This document shows, piece by piece, positions 58,907-64,000 of a stretch of 64,000 nucleotides of DNA; within the stretch, counting starts at the first letter, position 1, and the number at the start of each line of letters is the position of its first letter. The position numbers and the translations under genes are program-made. Origin of the DNA: a virus (taxonomy: Duplodnaviria; Caudoviricetes); IMG/VR virus record IMGVR_UViG_3300031992_002338, one strand, 5' to 3'. The notes below the pieces were generated by a model. It saw nothing but the letters and a program-made list of their open reading frames with translations, searched no databases and was not told the DNA's origin.

Positions 58907-59176
58907 TTAATCGTTCAATAGTTCTTTATTATCTTCTGTCAAAATAGTTTTTGAACTTTCTGTTCTCTCAATAAGACCTTTATCTTTTTTAACTCTCTTT
59001 ACTGATGCTTGTTGGTCTGCGCCACTTAGCACATTTTTAGCCATTGCAATTTTCTCACTAGTTGTCATAACTTTTTCATTTAATTCATTTTTATGTTCTG
59101 CCACTAGATTATCACTTGGATACATCTTAATTTGTGGTTTTCTGTTGTCTACGTGTTTAATGATAAATCTTCCCAT
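58907..59176 (-). CDS. Hypothetical late protein
   Basis: 89 aa; TATTTAT 22 nt upstream; heads a four-gene operon. Confidence 0.7.
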   Translation of the reverse strand: MGRFIIKHVDNRKPQIKMYPSDNLVAEHKNELNEKVMTTSEKIAMAKNVLSGADQQASVKRVKKDKGLIERTESSKTILTEDNKELLND

Positions 59177-59197
59177 AATATTATAACATTATTTATT

Positions 59198-59204
59198 ATA
59201 AATA
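59198..59204 (-). promoter_or_regulatory. Candidate late promoter TATTTAT
   Basis: 22 nt upstream of ATG 59176. Confidence 0.5.
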
Positions 59205-59209
59205 TCTAA

Positions 59210-59617
59210 TTAATTAAAAAATATTGAAAAATCCTCTATTTTAGATAGGCTTGACAAGGAAAGTTCTCCATTTGTCTGGATTATTAACTTATCCTTATAT
59301 TTATCCCAATCAATCAGATATTCATTATTAGGCTTATCAGAGTCTGAATTCTCTTTTTCGATTAACTTATTGAGAGCATTTATGGAGAATAGACAACCGT
59401 TTTTGACATGCATTACTGTTGCATTACTAAGATTCTTAATAAATCTTTCCTTATCATAAGTCTTAAAGGTAACTAGATATTCATATTGATTTGTATCAAT
59501 TAAATATACAAATACTTTATCTAAGTTTACCTTAAACTTATACTTAAGGGTTTCCAAAAATGATAAAATCTTATTTTTCTTTACGAATGTTCCTATTATA
59601 ATTCCATTTACACTCAT
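59210..59617 (-). CDS. Hypothetical protein
   Basis: Start placed at ATG 59617 (MSVNGIIIGTF) to avoid a long overlap; FSINALN motif. Confidence 0.7.
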   Translation of the reverse strand: MSVNGIIIGTFVKKNKILSFLETLKYKFKVNLDKVFVYLIDTNQYEYLVTFKTYDKERFIKNLSNATVMHVKNGCLFSINALNKLIEKENSDSDKPNNEYLIDWDKYKDKLIIQTNGELSLSSLSKIEDFSIFFN

Positions 59618-59630
59618 TGCTTTATGTTTT

Positions 59631-60218
59631 TTAACTAGAAATGAAATACGGTACTGCGTATTTCTTATTACCCAAACGTTTGGCGAGTTTGAACACAAAC
59701 TTATTGTCATCTTCAAAAACATTGTTGTTTGGGTTACATTTAATCTTTTCCAAGATTTTCTCTCTCATAATTCCGCAATACTCTAGAACATTTAAAGATA
59801 CACCTAAAATGCTACCTTTATACGGAATATATATCATGTTATTACTAATATAAATATTTTTATCTTCTTTAGAAAATATTATATTATATAATTTTTTTAT
59901 TTTATTATATTTTAATTTAAAAATATCTATATAAAAATAATTAATATTATTTAATATATTATTATATATAATATTATAAAATTTTTCCAAATCATCCTCA
60001 AAATCTGAACGACTCTCAGATTTGCTGAACGTCCAATACAAATTGTCAGCAAGTTGTTTATCTAATATGGAGGTGTAATATTTGTTGCTTTTTGCATTCT
60101 TCCAACCAACTAACAAGATTGGCTTTGTGGCATCAGCAGATTCTATATCAGATACTTGCTCCACAAAGCCATCAATGTTTTTTAATTTTTTATCAGTAAC
60201 AATATATCCCAAAATCAT
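59631..60218 (-). CDS. Hypothetical protein
   Basis: 195 aa; PILLVGW...WTFSKSE; follows the promoter at 60239-60270. Confidence 0.7.
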   Translation of the reverse strand: MILGYIVTDKKLKNIDGFVEQVSDIESADATKPILLVGWKNAKSNKYYTSILDKQLADNLYWTFSKSESRSDFEDDLEKFYNIIYNNILNNINYFYIDIFKLKYNKIKKLYNIIFSKEDKNIYISNNMIYIPYKGSILGVSLNVLEYCGIMREKILEKIKCNPNNNVFEDDNKFVFKLAKRLGNKKYAVPYFISS

Positions 60219-60238
60219 AACATTATTTAACTTTTTTG

Positions 60239-60270
60239 CAAAAATATATAAAAAATGTTAAAAAAACAAG
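60239..60270 (-). promoter_or_regulatory. Bacteroidota sigma-A-type promoter (variant)
   Basis: CTTG-20 nt-TATTTTTG. Confidence 0.65.
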
Positions 60271-60276
60271 AAATAT

Positions 60277-63200
60277 CTATTGTTTTCCGTTTCCTTTATA
60301 CCTCCAAACGCTATAATTGCCTCTTGCTTTAAGATTTACTCTATTAAACTTAGTTTTATAATCAGAATACCATCCATCACCACACCACATTTGAATATGA
60401 CCATGTTCATGGAATTCTCCTTCTATATAGTACTGACCAAATACTGTAATATCACCAAGACACATATCGCCATATGTTACACTTTCTTGTCCAGTGTATT
60501 CGCCTTTACTAATACATACAAACCCATTTTTCATTAAGAAGTCTTTTGCTTGATAAGCAGACCTAGATTCAGGTTTTTTAAAACCGCCTGCAACTAGTCC
60601 TTCTTTGACAAAATGCCAACACTTAGTACATCCATATTTTCTCCCACAATTTTTTAGATTATTTTTCATTGCATTTACACTATTAGCAACATTCCAATCA
60701 CCAATTTTTCCATCTTTAATATTACATTTTAAATCAGTTATGTTTATATCTTTTATGTCATTTGGTATGTTATCTTTGTTAAATATAGATTCGCAATCCT
60801 CTGGCATATATTTCTTCAAGAATTCAACAGCATGGCCCTTGTTATTTTTATCTTCAGCTTGTTTTATTTCCTTCACAAATATTGATTCCTTGTTAGATGA
60901 CAACAATGTGCTAAGTCTTTTTGCCAATGGCTTAAGTAGTATTTCATTACCATCTGGTATCATTTGCAATGTATAGTTATCACCAATATAATTGTTTTCT
61001 TGTGTAATCCACACCTTTTTCTTCGTCAAATCTACTTTGTCAGTAGCCTTAACCTTGAAATATATTGATGTTGGAGGGCATTTTGTTGTTATTCCTCCAT
61101 TAGGAAATACATATCCAAGTTCCTCGACATAATTATAATACTCGCTGTTCAAAATCATGTCAAAGACAGTACCAAGTTTTGAATTACCGCCACCTTTCTG
61201 ACTTATACTAAAATGACCAGGCATTTTTGATTCAACATATTCAAGCTCAACACCTATTGACGGAGTATTAATAGCAGATTTATTTACTGCATCAAAAAAT
61301 AACTTGCTGATATCTTTGACATCATTTGGATTCTTAGCTGGTTTAGAATCTTTTTCTAAAATATTAGAATTTCTTTTTTCATAAAATTCTTTAGCTTTAC
61401 TTTTTCTACGACCTAATTTTGACTCTTTTGGGTTTGGATTTGGATTTTCATAACCATCATATTTTTTATTAGGGTTATTTCCGTTACAGAAAATATGAGC
61501 AGCCTCATCAGGTGTTTTAGCATTGGTTAATTTCGTCCATAATCTTTTTTGGTTATCGTTTTTGTTATCTCGTAATGATTTAATGACAAATTTGCATTGA
61601 TATTCAGCACTTTTTGTTTTTATTAGTTTTTTAACCGCATTAGCTTTATCTTCACTATATCTATCCTTTTCATAGTTAGTAGCATGACCATAATTTTCAT
61701 AATCATTTGTAAGCATTTGACTAAGCGTAAAAAATTTATCATTCCATTGACACAAACCACCAGCTACAAATCCGTTAGAATCATTTTCTTGTACAGTTTC
61801 AGGATTAAATGTTGGACTACCTTCAGTTTCGACAAACATATTTCCTACAATACCAGCTGCAATTATGTCAGCATTTCTAGCACTACTTCCAATTTCATCT
61901 TTTAAAAACCCCATTAAAATTTTGGCCTTCTCAACATCATCTTTTGAAGAAGGGTCAAAATCATTTGTGCTGTTTAATGGATATATTTTATATTCGCAAT
62001 CATTATCGATGCTAGCCTTAAGTGAGATGTCATCCATTTCATCATTATCAGTATATCTCTCATTTGGTGAAAAGTCATCATCTGTGAATATATCCTCAAT
62101 CATTCTATTTGAGATATTAGCCATACGGCAGCCAGTGAAGGTTGTTGTCATATCACCAGGTTTTAGTGTATGCTTAACCTTCATAATCATGTATGAGCCT
62201 CTAAACATTGGAACATTTAACAGCACAAAGTACATTAATGGCTGAACCCAAGGGCATCCCATCATTTCAACGTCACAAGTGTATGATTGGGTTGAATAAA
62301 TGTCATAAAGGTCTTGCGATGTTATTCCCCTTTCCTTTTGAGTTGCAGCTTGTTGGATTATAAAATGTTTTGCCTTTATTGCTTGCTCCGTAGCAATTGG
62401 GCTTTGCATGTTTATATTGACGGACTTGAAATAACTTTGGTATTGTTTTCCATATGAAACTCCAAATGCTGGTATCTTATACATAGCATCAGTCTTTGTT
62501 CTAATTGCTTTTGGCGTTTCACTTTCTTCATTAAGCATAAAGCCATCATCATTATATTCATTGTTGTTGACATTAAGATTCCTAGAAGGTTGGTATGGGT
62601 ATACAACAACGAAACTAGGATACCTATTTACCTCAGTGCTGAAATTAATCGAATCTAATGGCATTGGAACAAACATCTTGTTCATTGAGTCTGAATCAGA
62701 TAAATCAGAGAAATTCTGTATACACTTAAGCATACATTTGTTACTAGCATATACATCAGATATAAACCCTAACATCATGGCATTAACATCACCAGTAGAC
62801 AATATTGCATCAATTCTTTCTGATAGTTTTTTAGGGTTAATTAAAAGTATATCACCAATATAGTTATAATAAGAATCAATAAAATGGAACGTATGTCCAA
62901 CCTCTGTATGGCCACTATTTGTGAAGAAAGTATCTAGATTCCAATTGTCAAAAGATGACATTGGTATCCATTTGTCATATACTTGTTTCATATATCTGTA
63001 AAGCTCTATCTTCATATCCTCAGTGGTATGCTTTGGATTCTCTGTGGTCTTCACTTGGCTTGTGTTTGTCTCATCATCATTTGTATTATTGGTATATTTG
63101 CTCTTCAACCTTTCTATGAATGCATCCAAGTATGATGTTACAATACCTTCAGCCACATAATAGCTATCATTGTTGACACTATGTTTTACATTAATTGACA

Positions 63201-64000
63201 TATTAAGTATTAAAACTGGTTTTAATAACTCGTTTGTCAATTTCTTAACATAGTCGATGTTTTGGTTTAATAACATTCTACTAGTTTCAACACTAGGTTT
63301 TATATAATTTGATTCATTTATTAAATTAGAATAAATTTTTTTAGCTGTATCTGTACAAGTTATCCAATCATAAAAGTACTTCGCATATTGATACCTAACT
63401 TGTTCAGACATCTTAAATACTTCACTTGTTATGACCTTTGATAGAGTTTCCTTATTCAAAGACAAATTATATGCCATTTTATTAACCATCTCATCCAATG
63501 AAGCAAACTCTTTACTAATCCCACCAGTAGCAAAGCAATATATTCCTAATTTCAATGCACATAATTTTGGCATATATGTAAATGTTCTTTCACATAAGTT
63601 ATTGAACTCTGTGTTATTTGTTCTCATGCATAGAATTGCAATCGCGGCTTTAGATTGACTTTTTCCAATGCTCATATCGCCAAACGATAACAAAGTTTGA
63701 ATGTTTTCGTGGGTTTTAAAAAATGACCTTTCATCGTTTACACATTTTTTCTCATCTATACCAAAAACTTCAGATATTGTATATCTTGTCAAATTTCCTT
63801 GTTGAACTTCACTACCTATTGAACTGACATCATTGTTGTATACATGTTCTTCATTGCCACAAGTTATTTTAGCAAAATACCCTTCTATGGAAAATGTGGC
63901 AGTTTTTGCGTCTATCTTGATATTTGCTGTATTAACTACTGAAGAATAGCCTTTAACTGTCAAGAAAGATGCATATTTCTCATCATTGAACGTAGAAGCA
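60277..64000 (-). CDS. Baseplate-hub/tail-associated lysin: hub region, phage tail lysozyme and CHAP/NlpC-like amidase; 5' end beyond the window
   Basis: Frame open to the window edge; YTCDVEMMG...QPLMYF...GSYMI hub; AAGIVGNMFVET...GLCQW lysozyme; KCWHFV...HGHIQMW...WYSDY. Confidence 0.8.
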   Translation of the reverse strand, partial: ASTFNDEKYASFLTVKGYSSVVNTANIKIDAKTATFSIEGYFAKITCGNEEHVYNNDVSSIGSEVQQGNLTRYTISEVFGIDEKKCVNDERSFFKTHENIQTLLSFGDMSIGKSQSKAAIAILCMRTNNTEFNNLCERTFTYMPKLCALKLGIYCFATGGISKEFASLDEMVNKMAYNLSLNKETLSKVITSEVFKMSEQVRYQYAKYFYDWITCTDTAKKIYSNLINESNYIKPSVETSRMLLNQNIDYVKKLTNELLKPVLILNMSINVKHSVNNDSYYVAEGIVTSYLDAFIERLKSKYTNNTNDDETNTSQVKTTENPKHTTEDMKIELYRYMKQVYDKWIPMSSFDNWNLDTFFTNSGHTEVGHTFHFIDSYYNYIGDILLINPKKLSERIDAILSTGDVNAMMLGFISDVYASNKCMLKCIQNFSDLSDSDSMNKMFVPMPLDSINFSTEVNRYPSFVVVYPYQPSRNLNVNNNEYNDDGFMLNEESETPKAIRTKTDAMYKIPAFGVSYGKQYQSYFKSVNINMQSPIATEQAIKAKHFIIQQAATQKERGITSQDLYDIYSTQSYTCDVEMMGCPWVQPLMYFVLLNVPMFRGSYMIMKVKHTLKPGDMTTTFTGCRMANISNRMIEDIFTDDDFSPNERYTDNDEMDDISLKASIDNDCEYKIYPLNSTNDFDPSSKDDVEKAKILMGFLKDEIGSSARNADIIAAGIVGNMFVETEGSPTFNPETVQENDSNGFVAGGLCQWNDKFFTLSQMLTNDYENYGHATNYEKDRYSEDKANAVKKLIKTKSAEYQCKFVIKSLRDNKNDNQKRLWTKLTNAKTPDEAAHIFCNGNNPNKKYDGYENPNPNPKESKLGRRKSKAKEFYEKRNSNILEKDSKPAKNPNDVKDISKLFFDAVNKSAINTPSIGVELEYVESKMPGHFSISQKGGGNSKLGTVFDMILNSEYYNYVEELGYVFPNGGITTKCPPTSIYFKVKATDKVDLTKKKVWITQENNYIGDNYTLQMIPDGNEILLKPLAKRLSTLLSSNKESIFVKEIKQAEDKNNKGHAVEFLKKYMPEDCESIFNKDNIPNDIKDINITDLKCNIKDGKIGDWNVANSVNAMKNNLKNCGRKYGCTKCWHFVKEGLVAGGFKKPESRSAYQAKDFLMKNGFVCISKGEYTGQESVTYGDMCLGDITVFGQYYIEGEFHEHGHIQMWCGDGWYSDYKTKFNRVNLKARGNYSVWRYKGNGKQ

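Noticed and set aside
5563-63658. The many 60-160 aa ORFs antisense or out of frame within long genes
   Set aside because: They are shadow ORFs of long coding sequences, with no promoters or recognisable motifs.
1-64000. Stop-codon recoding (TAG or TGA read-through) as in Lak and some crAss-like phages
   Set aside because: Genes up to 1613 aa are intact in code 11, and TAG and TGA both end recognisable full-length proteins (e.g. primase, endolysin).
1-64000. tRNA or rRNA genes
   Set aside because: Intergenic gaps are short and AT-rich; I saw no cloverleaf or T-loop GTTCGA context in non-coding DNA.

Overview
This is a 64-kb, AT-rich segment of a large T4-like myovirus (jumbo-phage architecture) read in the standard genetic code. 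The host is almost certainly an anaerobic Bacteroidota: there are 14 copies of the Bacteroidota housekeeping promoter TTTG-N19/20-TAnnTTTG, a Bacteroidota-type TonB-dependent receptor, and a class III ribonucleotide reductase. From left to right: an HslV-like protease and primase; a small early operon; GH108 endolysin and an Mre11/gp47-like nuclease; a ~23-kb baseplate/tail block ending in gp6- and gp25-like genes; an accessory island (TonB-dependent receptor, hypothetical, NadR, PnuC, radical SAM, Cys/Gly/Ser-rich peptide); a neck protein; a MTase/GIY-YIG/MORC-ATPase trio; nrdG, a ferredoxin-thioredoxin-reductase-like gene and intein-split nrdD; a helicase with a Val-initiated class-3 intein; flap exonuclease; a split ABC-ATPase/GNAT; RecA, TK and SSB; head-associated small proteins; and a tail lysin. 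The best leads are: (1) a complete phage-encoded nicotinamide-riboside import and NAD+ rebuilding route spanning both membranes; (2) a radical SAM enzyme next to a six-Cys peptide; (3) a shared N-terminal leader on otherwise unrelated proteins, a candidate capsid-targeting signal; and (4) a two-class promoter system with fused terminator-promoter elements. All functional calls come from motifs read by eye; no database searches were run.
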